64,000 nucleotides of DNA from a virus, in the IMG/VR virus record IMGVR_UViG_3300030380_005901, positions 1 to 64,000 of that record. The stretch is one strand, 5' to 3'. The position numbers were made by a program, and so were the translations under genes. How positions within the stretch are numbered: the stretch's first letter is position 1; every line of letters starts with the position of its first letter. The notes under the pieces are model-generated. The model had not been told where the DNA came from. It made no database searches and saw nothing but the letters and a program-made list of their open reading frames with translations. Below, piece by piece: positions 1-10,120 of this stretch.

Positions 1-21
1 CGTTTTATTTATAGAAAATTG

Positions 22-93
22 TAGCCCGTAGGGGAATCGAACCCCTGTTTCCAGGATGAAAACCTGGCGTCCTAACCCCTAGACGAACGGGCC
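22..93 (-). tRNA. tRNA-Glu (anticodon TTC), CCA not encoded
   Basis: Reverse complement GGCCCGT-TCGTCTAGGGGTTAGGACG-CCAGG-TTTTCAT-CCTGG-AAAC-AGGGG-TTCGATT-CCCCT-ACGGGCT-A folds as a cloverleaf and is followed by CA A, not CCA. Confidence 0.95.
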
Positions 94-127
94 ATTATTA
101 TTTATAAATATTAATATTAATAAATAT

Positions 128-442
128 TTGATTTATACATATAAATTTATTATATTTAATTTAAAACCAAAAAATATTATGAGTAGTAGATTATTAGATG
201 GTATTGTACACTATTATGAAAATGAAGATATTTTAACTGCGGATGGTTTCGATGAAGCGGTTATCGGCATTGATGATAAAACTATGAGAGTTATATATTC
301 TGTAACTAAATGTATAGAAATATTGATGACAGAAATGGAAATGAGTATGGAAGAAGCAGTAGAGTTTTTCGAATTCAACGTAAAAGGATCAGAGTTAGGA
401 GATAAGACACCTATATGGTGTGAAGATATGTTGATAGAATGA
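128..442 (+). CDS. conserved phage hypothetical protein (true start probably ATG at 179)
   Basis: ADGFDEAVIG...YSVTKCIEIL...EEAVEFFEFN...TPIW, a motif typical of a common small phage protein family. Confidence 0.7.
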   Translation: MIYTYKFIIFNLKPKNIMSSRLLDGIVHYYENEDILTADGFDEAVIGIDDKTMRVIYSVTKCIEILMTEMEMSMEEAVEFFEFNVKGSELGDKTPIWCEDMLIE

Positions 443-1704
443 TGAATAAAGTATTAATAGTTTTATTTTTATTATTATGTAAGATTGTTCTGTCTCAACC
501 ACCTTGTGCAACAGATGAATATAATAAACCTTTTATAGAAGATAATCCCCAAAGATATGATAAAATAGAAAAGGATATTCAAAACTATTTAAGGAGTCCC
601 AAAAAGAAATCTGAAGACAGTTACATAATTCCAATAGTAGTTCACATAGTTTATAATGATTGGAGAGAAAATCTACATGACTCTATAATCTATCAACAAT
701 TAAAGGTTTTAAATGATAGATTTAATCTTAGAAATGCCGATACGATATTATTAACTGATACTCTACAGAATTGGAAAGGTAATTTTAAAATCAGTTTTGA
801 GTTGGCACACTTAGATCCTGAAGGGTATCCAACAACTGGAATTACAAGAACTCATACAAATGTTAATGAGTTTTCATATTACAGTAATAATGTTAAAAAA
901 TCAAGTCAAGGAAAAAAGGGTTGGCCTAATGATAGATATCTTAATATTTGGATATGTGATCTCTATGACGGATTGATGGGTTATGCACAATTTCCTGGTG
1001 GAGAAGATTGGTCGGATGGTGTTGTTGTAGATTGGCAAAGCGTTGGGGATAGAGTTTATTCTTGGACATATCCAATGTTTAATAAATGGGCAAAAGGACA
1101 CGTTCTTGTACATGAAATTGGACACTGGTTAAACCTTCATCATCCTTGGGGAGATTGGGGTCCTTGTGGTGATGACTACATTCCAGAAACCGGTTTACAA
1201 GATGGACCCGTTTACCCAAGTGCTGAATGTCCTGATACTCTATTTAGTGAATGTGATACACCAGAAAGAGTGTTTGTAAAACATTATATGGAATATGCTG
1301 GTGCAGACTGTTTGTGTACTTTTACAAAAAATCAAGTCGCTAGAGGAATCGCTTCTATCGAAACCAATAGAATGGACTTATTAAATAATTACGTCCCCAA
1401 ACCTATTTTAAATGGTTTTGAAAATACTGTAGTTAGACCAACATTTACCAAAGGTAGGGTTATATTACAATTTCCAGAATATGAAGGTATTTTAGAAATT
1501 AGAATTTATGATATATTAGGTAGAGTAGTATATACCGAAACAACAACCTATCCATTCATTGATATGAGATTAAACGTACCAAACGGAACTTATATAGTAG
1601 ACGTACTTAAAGAGGGTGACAGAGTACACCAAAGAAAGATTATAATTAATTCAGAGTCTCCTTATGGAGCTTCTTTAAATATTTTTAACAATGATAAAGG
1701 ATAA
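439..1704 (+). CDS. secreted M43 (pappalysin/ulilysin-like) zinc metalloprotease with T9SS C-terminal sorting domain
   Basis: Signal peptide; IPIVVHIVY; YLNIWIC; GYAQFP; DGVVV; HEIGHWLNLHH zinc motif; Met-turn YMEY; C-terminal IYDILGRVV...GTYIV...KIII. Confidence 0.88.
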   Translation: MMNKVLIVLFLLLCKIVLSQPPCATDEYNKPFIEDNPQRYDKIEKDIQNYLRSPKKKSEDSYIIPIVVHIVYNDWRENLHDSIIYQQLKVLNDRFNLRNADTILLTDTLQNWKGNFKISFELAHLDPEGYPTTGITRTHTNVNEFSYYSNNVKKSSQGKKGWPNDRYLNIWICDLYDGLMGYAQFPGGEDWSDGVVVDWQSVGDRVYSWTYPMFNKWAKGHVLVHEIGHWLNLHHPWGDWGPCGDDYIPETGLQDGPVYPSAECPDTLFSECDTPERVFVKHYMEYAGADCLCTFTKNQVARGIASIETNRMDLLNNYVPKPILNGFENTVVRPTFTKGRVILQFPEYEGILEIRIYDILGRVVYTETTTYPFIDMRLNVPNGTYIVDVLKEGDRVHQRKIIINSESPYGASLNIFNNDKG

Positions 1705-1885
1705 AGAAAAAATGAGTGTAAGATTCCCTAACGAATCATTTTATGATGAAGTTTATAATTTCAATATAAAAGACTTCAATATGGAGAAGAAGTTTTCAGA
1801 TGAGGTATTCGGTTACTGGTGTGGTAGTTATGTAGTCATTAAGAGAGAAGATTATGATAGACTCACACAAAAAACCAAACCGTAG
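1691..1885 (+). CDS. hypothetical protein
   Basis: ORF overlapping the upstream stop, phage-like composition. Confidence 0.6.
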   Translation: MIKDKEKMSVRFPNESFYDEVYNFNIKDFNMEKKFSDEVFGYWCGSYVVIKREDYDRLTQKTKP

Positions 1886-1929
1886 AGGGGAGGGGCTGGG
1901 GTGAGGTGTCGATAGTTCCGCGGGTCAAG
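1884..1929. repeat. GC-rich dispersed element, copy 1
   Basis: GGGGCTGGGG-N12-AGTTCCGCGGGTCAAG; same blocks and spacing at 11065-11102. Confidence 0.9.
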
Positions 1930-1956
1930 TCTGTTTATTACAAAACTTTTACAATT

Positions 1957-2055
1957 CTATTTATACTTCCTTATATTACGTATGAGTGCAACGATATATC
2001 CACCCATTACTAATATAGGTAAAAGACCAAGCCATATTATTTGTTGTATGTTCAT
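1957..2055 (-). CDS. 32-aa single-TM peptide (MNIQQIIWLGLLPILVMGGYIVALIRNIRKYK)
   Basis: Hand-translated; hydrophobic core plus basic tail; TATTTAT-like motif upstream. Confidence 0.55.
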   Translation of the reverse strand: MNIQQIIWLGLLPILVMGGYIVALIRNIRKYK

Positions 2056-2130
2056 AATTTATATTTAAGAAAATAAATATACCCTTAGTGTAAAAAGTTC
2101 GATAAGTAATATTAAGAAATTGTAAAGTGT

Positions 2131-3456
2131 TTAATATCCTCTTGTGAATGAGTTCCAGTATTCTTCAGTCTTCTCCCATATCTCCCCTTGTAATGAACCC
2201 CAAACTCTATTAAATTCATTACCAGTGATAGCGTAAGTATCTTCGATATGTTTCATTAAATCAATATGCCAGTTAGTATTTGGCGAACTAATATCGTTAG
2301 TAAACGCATCGTCTGCAGCAACCGCAGATAAAAAATCATCGTCCCTAATACTAGCGGAATAGTTTATCATAGGGAAATAAACAAGTCCCCTATCAAAGTC
2401 CCACACTATTTCATTAAGGACTATATCGGTGACTTTTTCTACAAACCCCAAATCTACACTTTCATCTAATCTAGGTCTGGTTTTATAAGATAAATCGAAA
2501 AACCTTTTAAAGTATTTTTCAAAGATATCATTAAAATACGAATACATTACCTCCTCTATTTCATCAATTTCTGTAATACCAAACATTTCTAAATATCTGG
2601 TGAAAATCTTACCCATAGTAAACTCATCATCAAAATTCTCAACCATCTTTTTACAATAGTGTGCACTCAATACAAATACACTTCCTGTTTGTCTATCGGC
2701 AATAAATGGTGTTATAACACTAGCACCAGTTAAATTGAAGGGTTTAGTCTCTGACACCATTGTATCTACAACTTTTTGTAGGAATTCTGTTTGTTTATCT
2801 AAAAACTTAGATTCTCTTAGGTAATCAACATGTACTCTTAGATATGGTGATACATGTTCTTTTTTGGATAATACCATATTAATAATATGTTCATCGTACT
2901 TATCCCAAAATAGTTCTTCTATTTCATTATATGTTAATCCCCAATAATCTTTTAGATAATTTTCTAAACATTCTGGTATATAGTTAAAATAAGGTGCTTC
3001 ACTTCCCCAACGAATACCAACCTGTAAACTTTTACATTTACCATCATATAAGTCTATTTCCTTATAGGCTGCATCTCTGAATTTAGTATTCTTAACTAAA
3101 TCATTATATACGTAGTCTAAATAGTCTTTTTGTTTATCTTCTATAGATTCATTGGTAAGAAATCTATGCCAAGGTTTTTTCTTATGATTTTCGGCACATT
3201 TACCTTTTATGTTTTTTTTATATTGTCTCCACGCATAATCACACTCTTCATTAGTTAATCCATATATATTTTTACAATGTCTAATAAAGGGTGGATATTT
3301 AACAATGTGGGGTAAAAGTATATGATCTATACTCAATGCTAGTGTATTATCGACAGAAAAAGGTATATACATTTCTCTCTTATTATAATCTATTTCAGTT
3401 TCATTGATTAATCTACTTACTACCTTATCTAAAAATTCTTTTTGTACTTTATCCAT
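2131..3456 (-). CDS. polyprotein of four copies of the 'FLDKVV...YGL.EE..W..Y' repeat domain
   Basis: Repeats separated by LTNES, LRES, LDES. Confidence 0.85.
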   Translation of the reverse strand: MDKVQKEFLDKVVSRLINETEIDYNKREMYIPFSVDNTLALSIDHILLPHIVKYPPFIRHCKNIYGLTNEECDYAWRQYKKNIKGKCAENHKKKPWHRFLTNESIEDKQKDYLDYVYNDLVKNTKFRDAAYKEIDLYDGKCKSLQVGIRWGSEAPYFNYIPECLENYLKDYWGLTYNEIEELFWDKYDEHIINMVLSKKEHVSPYLRVHVDYLRESKFLDKQTEFLQKVVDTMVSETKPFNLTGASVITPFIADRQTGSVFVLSAHYCKKMVENFDDEFTMGKIFTRYLEMFGITEIDEIEEVMYSYFNDIFEKYFKRFFDLSYKTRPRLDESVDLGFVEKVTDIVLNEIVWDFDRGLVYFPMINYSASIRDDDFLSAVAADDAFTNDISSPNTNWHIDLMKHIEDTYAITGNEFNRVWGSLQGEIWEKTEEYWNSFTRGY

Positions 3457-3802
3457 TATCGTTAGGTGTTATCTTAATGGACTTACCATCTATTTCTACT
3501 TTAAAGTCATTTGGAGAAAGGTTTTCGAAATAATCTTTTAAATATTTGATCTTACCGTCTTTTCCCTTCATTGTGGTGGGAACATCCACTTGTCTTACAT
3601 AAGGTGGTTTAGGTGGTTTCTTTTCCACCCATTTAACAGTATTTTTGTCCGTAGAGTATGCATCGAAATCATCTTTCGTTGTAAACTCCCAATACTTATC
3701 ACCTTTACGTTTTCTATAATAGGTGTCACCACCTATATCTCTTACTTGATATTCGTACTGAGAAACTTCTTCTAATAATATTTTTCTTATTATGTCTCTC
3801 AT
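3449..3802 (-). CDS. leader-tagged hypothetical protein (MRDIIRKILLEE)
   Basis: N-terminal leader shared with 15129, 15658, 16184, 23749, 26746, 28038. Confidence 0.8.
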   Translation of the reverse strand: MRDIIRKILLEEVSQYEYQVRDIGGDTYYRKRKGDKYWEFTTKDDFDAYSTDKNTVKWVEKKPPKPPYVRQVDVPTTMKGKDGKIKYLKDYFENLSPNDFKVEIDGKSIKITPNDNG

Positions 3803-3812
3803 TTAAATAAAT

Positions 3813-4697
3813 TTATTGTAACATAATAGATACGATAGCACCACCCGGAGCAAAATTAATTTTTGCAACTTTCCCTTTTCCACTATTACTAGCGGCGTTA
3901 TTAATTGCATTTACAATGTCCTCTCTTTCTTCAGTATCACTACCCATAGCAGTAAACCCATCAGTAATAGTTTTATTTATAAATCCTTCTAATCCACCGT
4001 TGTTTCTTAATTCATAATCTAAGTCTACAATATCTGAATATGTTTCTAATTCTTTTATTGCGTTTACAATTGATTCTTCATCTTCATGAGCCAAATAATC
4101 TGCACCCCTCATTTTATCACCTACACTACCAATATCTTTTTTATCTAATCCCATAGTAGTAAGTGGACGAACTACAACAAATCCATATCTATCCATATCT
4201 CTAGGTACTGATCTATTTCTATCGTAAATTGGATTTAAATCACTAGGTTTGTAAGATGAATTAGTCTTAGTAGTAATTAAGTCTTCTATTATATCTTTAC
4301 CAACGTAATTACCTGTTGTGTCACCTACAATGTCAAATGCAGTAAATATTATATCTTTCATTTCTTCCATTCTAGCTCTACCTAATTCTGCGTTTCTATC
4401 TCTACTACCTGTAGAAGATGTGCCACTACCAATAGTAATAAATTTAGGTATGTTACCTTGTGACATAAATTTTTCTATTGTTGGTAGTGAATTCATAATG
4501 TCTCTAGATAATTGTTGTGCAGCCATCGTTTTATCACTGTCAGAAATAGTATCTTCACCTTCCTCAAAAAACATTTGGTATCCTACTGGGCGCGCACTTT
4601 GGTTTATAACTGGTTCTATACCTAATTTATCTTCACCTAATAATCTTTTATTAGATTCTATTATTAATTCTCTTTTTAATTTTGCTAATCTTCCCAT
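3813..4697 (-). CDS. leader-tagged protein with OmpA-C-like peptidoglycan-binding motif
   Basis: MGRLAKLKRELIIESNKRLLGE leader; ITIGSGTSSTGSRDRNAELGRAR resembles the OmpA-like G-x-T...G....N..LS..RA motif. Confidence 0.6.
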   Translation of the reverse strand: MGRLAKLKRELIIESNKRLLGEDKLGIEPVINQSARPVGYQMFFEEGEDTISDSDKTMAAQQLSRDIMNSLPTIEKFMSQGNIPKFITIGSGTSSTGSRDRNAELGRARMEEMKDIIFTAFDIVGDTTGNYVGKDIIEDLITTKTNSSYKPSDLNPIYDRNRSVPRDMDRYGFVVVRPLTTMGLDKKDIGSVGDKMRGADYLAHEDEESIVNAIKELETYSDIVDLDYELRNNGGLEGFINKTITDGFTAMGSDTEEREDIVNAINNAASNSGKGKVAKINFAPGGAIVSIMLQ

Positions 4698-4698
4698 T

Positions 4699-5400
4699 TT
4701 AGTATTTTTTATATTTAAATTTTATTTTAGCTAAACAATCCATAAAATCGCGCATATCACCCATTTTCCGATCAGTTGGTCTTCTCATATCATTTCCAAA
4801 TTTTATATCATTCCCAATTCCCACAGGTCGTGGTTCAGGTGGTGGACCTATTAATCCACTAATACAAATTTCCATTCCTTTACAATCATTTTGATATGAA
4901 TTTGGCATAGGCTCATCAAAACCTATTTGAGTACACGCACATTGAGTTACACAGAAGTCTTCTTTTCTAAGACTCGGTGTAAATTCCAATTCCTCACACA
5001 TCAATTCATATGTTTTTGGTCCAACTATACCATCCACTTTTAAAACTACACCGTATTTTCTTTGGAATTCCTCTACTGCTTTTTTGGTTTCTTTTCTAAA
5101 TAAACCATCACATTCTCTATAGTCTTTCATACAACCCTCTAAGATACCACCCCCTTCTTTGGGTACATTAAAACCATTATTATCTAAAAGATGTTGTATT
5201 TTTTTAACCATATCTCCATTAGATCCATTTCGTGCATGTTTAATATTACACTGTATCAAACAGAAGTCATTGTCACCTCTATCTATTTTACCCACACTAC
5301 TTTCTTGTAATAAGGATTTCTCTTCAACAATTAAATTAGATAATAATTTTTTATTTGCTTCTTCGATTAATTGTCTTTTTAATTTTTCTATTCTTCCCAT
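4699..5400 (-). CDS. leader-tagged peptidoglycan-binding-domain protein
   Basis: GSNGDMVKKIQHLL...DGLFRKETKKAVEEFQRKYG..LKVDGIVGPKT matches PG_binding_1. Confidence 0.85.
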   Translation of the reverse strand: MGRIEKLKRQLIEEANKKLLSNLIVEEKSLLQESSVGKIDRGDNDFCLIQCNIKHARNGSNGDMVKKIQHLLDNNGFNVPKEGGGILEGCMKDYRECDGLFRKETKKAVEEFQRKYGVVLKVDGIVGPKTYELMCEELEFTPSLRKEDFCVTQCACTQIGFDEPMPNSYQNDCKGMEICISGLIGPPPEPRPVGIGNDIKFGNDMRRPTDRKMGDMRDFMDCLAKIKFKYKKY

Positions 5401-5434
5401 TTTATTTTTTTATATAAATATGTCAATATTATTA

Positions 5435-6187
5435 TTAATTAGTTTTTATCGTATCAAATAATTTATTTAAAAATACCCTATAAGTATTAAAATTAGTGTA
5501 AGGTTCACCTTCTGCACCTGATAAATGATTATCTTTACCTATAAATTCATTTTTTATTTTTTTATTATGTGTTGTTTCAGTTGTTAAATCAAAGTAAGGG
5601 ATTTTTTTTAATTCAGATTGTATTTTTAATTCATTATTAAATAAAAAATGATTGTCGAATTGATTTTCATAGTCAATAACTGGCATTGTACGGACACCAC
5701 CGTTAAACATATACTTTTGTAAATCATATAAGTTTGGCATATTTAACCCATTGATAATAAATTTTATATTAGGAAAAAGTATTTTTAAATTATCAATGTA
5801 AACCATATAATTATTCACTAAATTTTTATAAAATTCTTTTTTATTAATACTTTCTTTTTTATTATAAACTTTAAAATAATAATTATACTCCACATCAACC
5901 TGTCCAAACTTCATTATAGAAAAAGTATTAACATCACTATTAGAAGGTTGAGTTTGTTTTAATATTTTCTCTATTGTTTTTGAATAATCTAGAGTACTAT
6001 CTGTATTTGTCAACCCTTTCATTGAAGCTGAAGATTTATAATTATTATATAATTTAATGTTATCAATAGATAAAGATTTATCTCTGAAAAAACATTTAGA
6101 GTGAGAATCCCCAAATATATGAATTTCATATTTTCTTTTAGTATCTATATTACTATCAATCTTAATCATCAAATTAAATTTTCTCAA
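5435..6187 (-). CDS. SGNH/GDSL-like hydrolase
   Basis: IFGDSH (block I), FGQVD, DNHL (block V). Confidence 0.7.
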   Translation of the reverse strand: MRKFNLMIKIDSNIDTKRKYEIHIFGDSHSKCFFRDKSLSIDNIKLYNNYKSSASMKGLTNTDSTLDYSKTIEKILKQTQPSNSDVNTFSIMKFGQVDVEYNYYFKVYNKKESINKKEFYKNLVNNYMVYIDNLKILFPNIKFIINGLNMPNLYDLQKYMFNGGVRTMPVIDYENQFDNHFLFNNELKIQSELKKIPYFDLTTETTHNKKIKNEFIGKDNHLSGAEGEPYTNFNTYRVFLNKLFDTIKTN

Positions 6188-9100
6188 TATCTAAATATTT
6201 TGCTCCTCTACCTTTATCCTTTAAAGTTATTTCTTTTTCATGTGGATAAAGAATATTGTTATTTAATGTCTCCATTACATCTACTTCACTTTTAGGTACT
6301 TTAACAGTTATTAAATATGCATCTTCTCCTTGTCCGTGTCCGTATATACTACCTCTATTGTAATGGTTATTAATTAAGTCTGTTCTGTCTTGCGAATAAT
6401 GACTACCTAACTCATCGTAATTTATTTTATTTTCATCATCTAAATAAAGTACTCTATATAGAAATAATTCTTCTGGTAAATCTTTTACCCACGTAATTAA
6501 TTCTCCTAATTCTTCTGATGCAATTTCTGGTGGAGTACCCATATCCCCAAAAGATTGTAATAGTGATTTATGTTCATCACCAGTTAAATCTTGTGTAGAT
6601 TCAGTAATACTATCTCTCCAATCACTCCATTTCTCTTGATATTCTTTTTCCCTTATAAAATCATCATCTGGAATATCTAAATCTGGATTTATAAGTTTTA
6701 AATGTTTTCTTTTTAATTTATCTGTATACATTGCCCATAAAAAATCAATCTCTGTGGTTTGTGTAATATTATTACCTACAGGAAACATAATTTGATTGTC
6801 ACCTACCGCATACGCATTATCTACATATTTCTTAAATTTCCTTTTTTCATCTTCAAACAACACTGCTAATTGAAATTTACCAAAAGGTGTTGTTGCAAAA
6901 GTAATAGTATTCATCTTCCTATAATATGATGGGTCAACACGGACATCCCTATGGAGTACATTATGGTGTATGGTCCTAGGTATCCAAGTAGGTCCCTCTA
7001 TTTCGATTTTAGTTTGTTCGTCCATCCTATTGGCAACATTATTTAAAAATCTAATTTCTTTACTATCAATTCTTTTATAGAATGGTACGTTGATGTCAGT
7101 ACTTAATACGGTAATACCTTTATCCTTAAATATTTCCTTATTTTGTTCTTCACCATAGTTTAAATGTTTTTCTCTCCAAGTATCATACAGGTGTCGTTCT
7201 GTTATAATTGCATCATCTGGAATATCAGGTAAACCTGGATTCACAAGTTTTAATTGTTTTCTTCTTAATTTATCTTTATACATTTCCCATAAAAAAGCAC
7301 TTTCTCTGGCTTGTGCAATACTATTACCTGTAGGAAACATTATTTGGTTTTCACCTACTGCATACATATCATTTACATATTTCTCGAACCTACTGTGTCT
7401 ATACTCATTCATAAATCCAAAATATTCAAATTTTCCGAAAGGGGTTATTAAAAGATAATCTCCATCAGATGGATCACCAACGGATTCTATTCTACTTTCT
7501 TTATCTAATCTGTCGGTAATCTTTTTTAAAAATCTAATTTCTTTACTATCGATCCTTCTATAAAATGGTACATTTATATCAGTACTTAATATATCAATAC
7601 CTTTAGTCTTTAATAAATTTATGTTTTGTTCTCTAGATCTTTCATCCCATTCCTCATAATGTTGTTCTCTTATTACGTTTAATGTTTTAAAATGGTTTCT
7701 AGTCTTTTCATCTGAATGAATATAATCACTTAAATAAATATTTTTAGAGTTTAAACTGTCCCATATAAGTCTTGATACCATTTCTGTCTCTGCCTGTGTT
7801 AGTGCATATGTATCTTTAGCATGTTTTTCTAAACCAGTCCAAAAACCATAATGACCTGTGGAATGTTCATTCCACGGACTGTAACCCCTCACTTTAACAC
7901 CTGAAAGTCCATAGTCATCATCAATTTCTATTTCTTTCATAATAGAGTCTGCAACTTTATATAGATATTTAAGATCCATTCCTTTAGGTTTTTCTGTAGA
8001 TTCATTAAGTCCTTTTAGGTAATTATAATTGGTTTTAATTTGATGGAAATACTCATCCCACACATAATCAATTTCTTCATCGGTTAACCCATAAACATCT
8101 CTACAATGTTTTATTGTGTGGGTTAAAAATCTATTGTACAAATAATCTAAATGATCAAACATTTTTATTGCATCCCAATTTTCATCTGGATCACCTGGTA
8201 GACTTATCATCATACCCCCATATTGAGAAGGATATATAATAGTTTCATTAACAAGTTGTTCAATAACCCTATCTAAAAATCTTCCTTGTTTATCTTCGAT
8301 AGATTCATTTAAGGATTGTTGTTTACTAAGATAAATAACCATCGCCTGATCAGCGTCTTGTTTATTCATCCCATACTTATCCATAAAAATGGATTTAATT
8401 TCTTTTTCGTTGGTTAACTTTTTATTATTACTAAATAAATCATCCACATCTTTATTTACTCTACTACTTAGTGATTCGTTTAACCTACCACCAATATCAA
8501 ATACCTCATCACCTCTAAACCACTCTTCTGGTTTATTAGTAGGTACTTTGTCATCCTCATTCATTTCTAAATAACTTTTATAAATATTGTTATAAAGTTT
8601 AGTATAATAGTTAAAAATCACTTCTTCAAGTTCTTCAGAATTTAGACCATATATGTTAGTTAGGTGTTCTTCTTCGTAGTCTTCTAGATATTCTTTTTTT
8701 CTTCTTCTCCTTCTAAATGCACTGTTTTTTATCGTATCCATAGAAAAAAACTCAATAGGTTCTTCTGTTCGTGTGTTAATAAGTGCAAATTTTATTTCTA
8801 CACGTATCTTATTAAGTTTTTGATGTTGGTGGTTGAGATTGTAAATATTTTTATCTTCCCATAATTTATACTCTGATTCCTTAAGTAATCTATCTACAAC
8901 CTTATCTAAAAATTCTTTTTGACTATCTATAGATTCAGTTAACATATTTTTTTCTTCACCTTGTGTTTTAACAATTTGTTTAAGAATCAAATAATAAACA
9001 TGATGTAATTCATTTAACTCATTTTCTGGTACTTCATACTTCTTTATATAGTTAACACTTTTACTTGGTGATTCTACTTCATAATCTCCGTCATAATTAA

Positions 9101-9293
9101 CATGAAGTACAGAGCTTCTTGATGGATATTTGTGTTTATGTACTAATTTAGAGCGGTGCAATAAGTCTTTAAGGATTTCTCTATAATATTTATAATTAAG
9201 GTATTTACTCCAGTATTCTCCCAGCGCATTATCCCTAACATCATCTAAAATGTCATCGAACCATGCATCGTACATATATTTACTATTATCCAT
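6174..9293 (-). CDS. 1039-aa polyprotein: ~7 repeat domains plus C-terminal ADP-ribosyltransferase-like domain
   Basis: Domains delimited by LTES/LNES/LNES/LNES/IREQ/ITER/ITES; C-terminus LYRV...GSHYS...HEKEI. Confidence 0.85.
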   Translation of the reverse strand: MDNSKYMYDAWFDDILDDVRDNALGEYWSKYLNYKYYREILKDLLHRSKLVHKHKYPSRSSVLHVNYDGDYEVESPSKSVNYIKKYEVPENELNELHHVYYLILKQIVKTQGEEKNMLTESIDSQKEFLDKVVDRLLKESEYKLWEDKNIYNLNHQHQKLNKIRVEIKFALINTRTEEPIEFFSMDTIKNSAFRRRRRKKEYLEDYEEEHLTNIYGLNSEELEEVIFNYYTKLYNNIYKSYLEMNEDDKVPTNKPEEWFRGDEVFDIGGRLNESLSSRVNKDVDDLFSNNKKLTNEKEIKSIFMDKYGMNKQDADQAMVIYLSKQQSLNESIEDKQGRFLDRVIEQLVNETIIYPSQYGGMMISLPGDPDENWDAIKMFDHLDYLYNRFLTHTIKHCRDVYGLTDEEIDYVWDEYFHQIKTNYNYLKGLNESTEKPKGMDLKYLYKVADSIMKEIEIDDDYGLSGVKVRGYSPWNEHSTGHYGFWTGLEKHAKDTYALTQAETEMVSRLIWDSLNSKNIYLSDYIHSDEKTRNHFKTLNVIREQHYEEWDERSREQNINLLKTKGIDILSTDINVPFYRRIDSKEIRFLKKITDRLDKESRIESVGDPSDGDYLLITPFGKFEYFGFMNEYRHSRFEKYVNDMYAVGENQIMFPTGNSIAQARESAFLWEMYKDKLRRKQLKLVNPGLPDIPDDAIITERHLYDTWREKHLNYGEEQNKEIFKDKGITVLSTDINVPFYKRIDSKEIRFLNNVANRMDEQTKIEIEGPTWIPRTIHHNVLHRDVRVDPSYYRKMNTITFATTPFGKFQLAVLFEDEKRKFKKYVDNAYAVGDNQIMFPVGNNITQTTEIDFLWAMYTDKLKRKHLKLINPDLDIPDDDFIREKEYQEKWSDWRDSITESTQDLTGDEHKSLLQSFGDMGTPPEIASEELGELITWVKDLPEELFLYRVLYLDDENKINYDELGSHYSQDRTDLINNHYNRGSIYGHGQGEDAYLITVKVPKSEVDVMETLNNNILYPHEKEITLKDKGRGAKYLDIEKI

Positions 9294-9327
9294 TATAATA
9301 ATAAATATCTCCTAATTAATTAAGCAT

Positions 9328-9360
9328 AAAAAAAAAAGGTACTACATAATAATACCTTTT
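9328..9360 (-). terminator. intrinsic terminator
   Basis: AAAAGGTA/TACCTTTT stem followed by a long T run on the minus strand. Confidence 0.55.
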
Positions 9361-9393
9361 AATTTTTCCTTTTTAGATTAATTTTTTTATAGT

Positions 9394-9861
9394 TTAATTT
9401 AAGTTATCTCTTAACGCATTTAATTTTCTTGACAACCTCTCTCTTGCTTCTGGACTTGTTATCGTTTTAATTCCCGCAATTAAGTGAGCTATCGCTCCCG
9501 CTGCAAATATCATAAGAGGTGCTTTCATCTTATTCTTTCCGTTCTTTCCACTCTCAATCTTTTCTATGTCTTTTTCTGCTTTCTCAATTTGTTTTTCTAA
9601 TTTTTTTTGGGTTTTCATTAGTTTTTTCTCTTTTTTAAGATCACTTAATGTCTTTTTAAATTGCATTTTACTAATATTTCTATCCATCACTAAACTTTCT
9701 AATTTTTTAGTCATAGATTCAATTTCTTTCTCTAACTCTTTATTGTGATCACTAACTTCTTTTTCTTTAGCATCTAACTTAGATTGTTCTACAATAATCC
9801 CTAAATTTCTTTGGTTGGCTTCTAAAATAGCCTGTCTTTTTAATTTTTCTAATCTACCCAT
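9394..9861 (-). CDS. leader-tagged coiled-coil protein with C-terminal hydrophobic segment
   Basis: MGRLEKLKRQAILEANQRNLGIIVEQ leader; K/E heptads; LMIFAAGAIAHLIAG. Confidence 0.8.
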   Translation of the reverse strand: MGRLEKLKRQAILEANQRNLGIIVEQSKLDAKEKEVSDHNKELEKEIESMTKKLESLVMDRNISKMQFKKTLSDLKKEKKLMKTQKKLEKQIEKAEKDIEKIESGKNGKNKMKAPLMIFAAGAIAHLIAGIKTITSPEARERLSRKLNALRDNLN

Positions 9862-9878
9862 TTTTTTTTAATAATTTT

Positions 9879-10097
9879 TTAAGTGTTTAAATCAGGTAAT
9901 GTACCTAACGCAGGAATAGCTCTTCTTCTCACACCACCATAACCACCTGCAGAACCACCTCTAACTACAACATCATATATTCTACTTAACATTTCTCTAT
10001 CCTCTTCAGTAAATGATACTGGACGACTCTCCCCTTCTACCCAAGATTGTTCAGAAATAATTTCTTTATATTGTTTTTCAGTTATTCTAATTTTCAT
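9879..10097 (-). CDS. leader-tagged small protein
   Basis: MKIRITEKQYKEIISEQ. Confidence 0.75.
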   Translation of the reverse strand: MKIRITEKQYKEIISEQSWVEGESRPVSFTEEDREMLSRIYDVVVRGGSAGGYGGVRRRAIPALGTLPDLNT

Positions 10098-10120
10098 AAT
10101 ATAATGTTTTTTTTAAATTA

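Noticed and set aside
5411-5420. T4 gp55 late promoter TATAAATA
   Set aside because: The word lies on the non-coding strand relative to the downstream genes; the coding-strand motif is TATTTAT(A).
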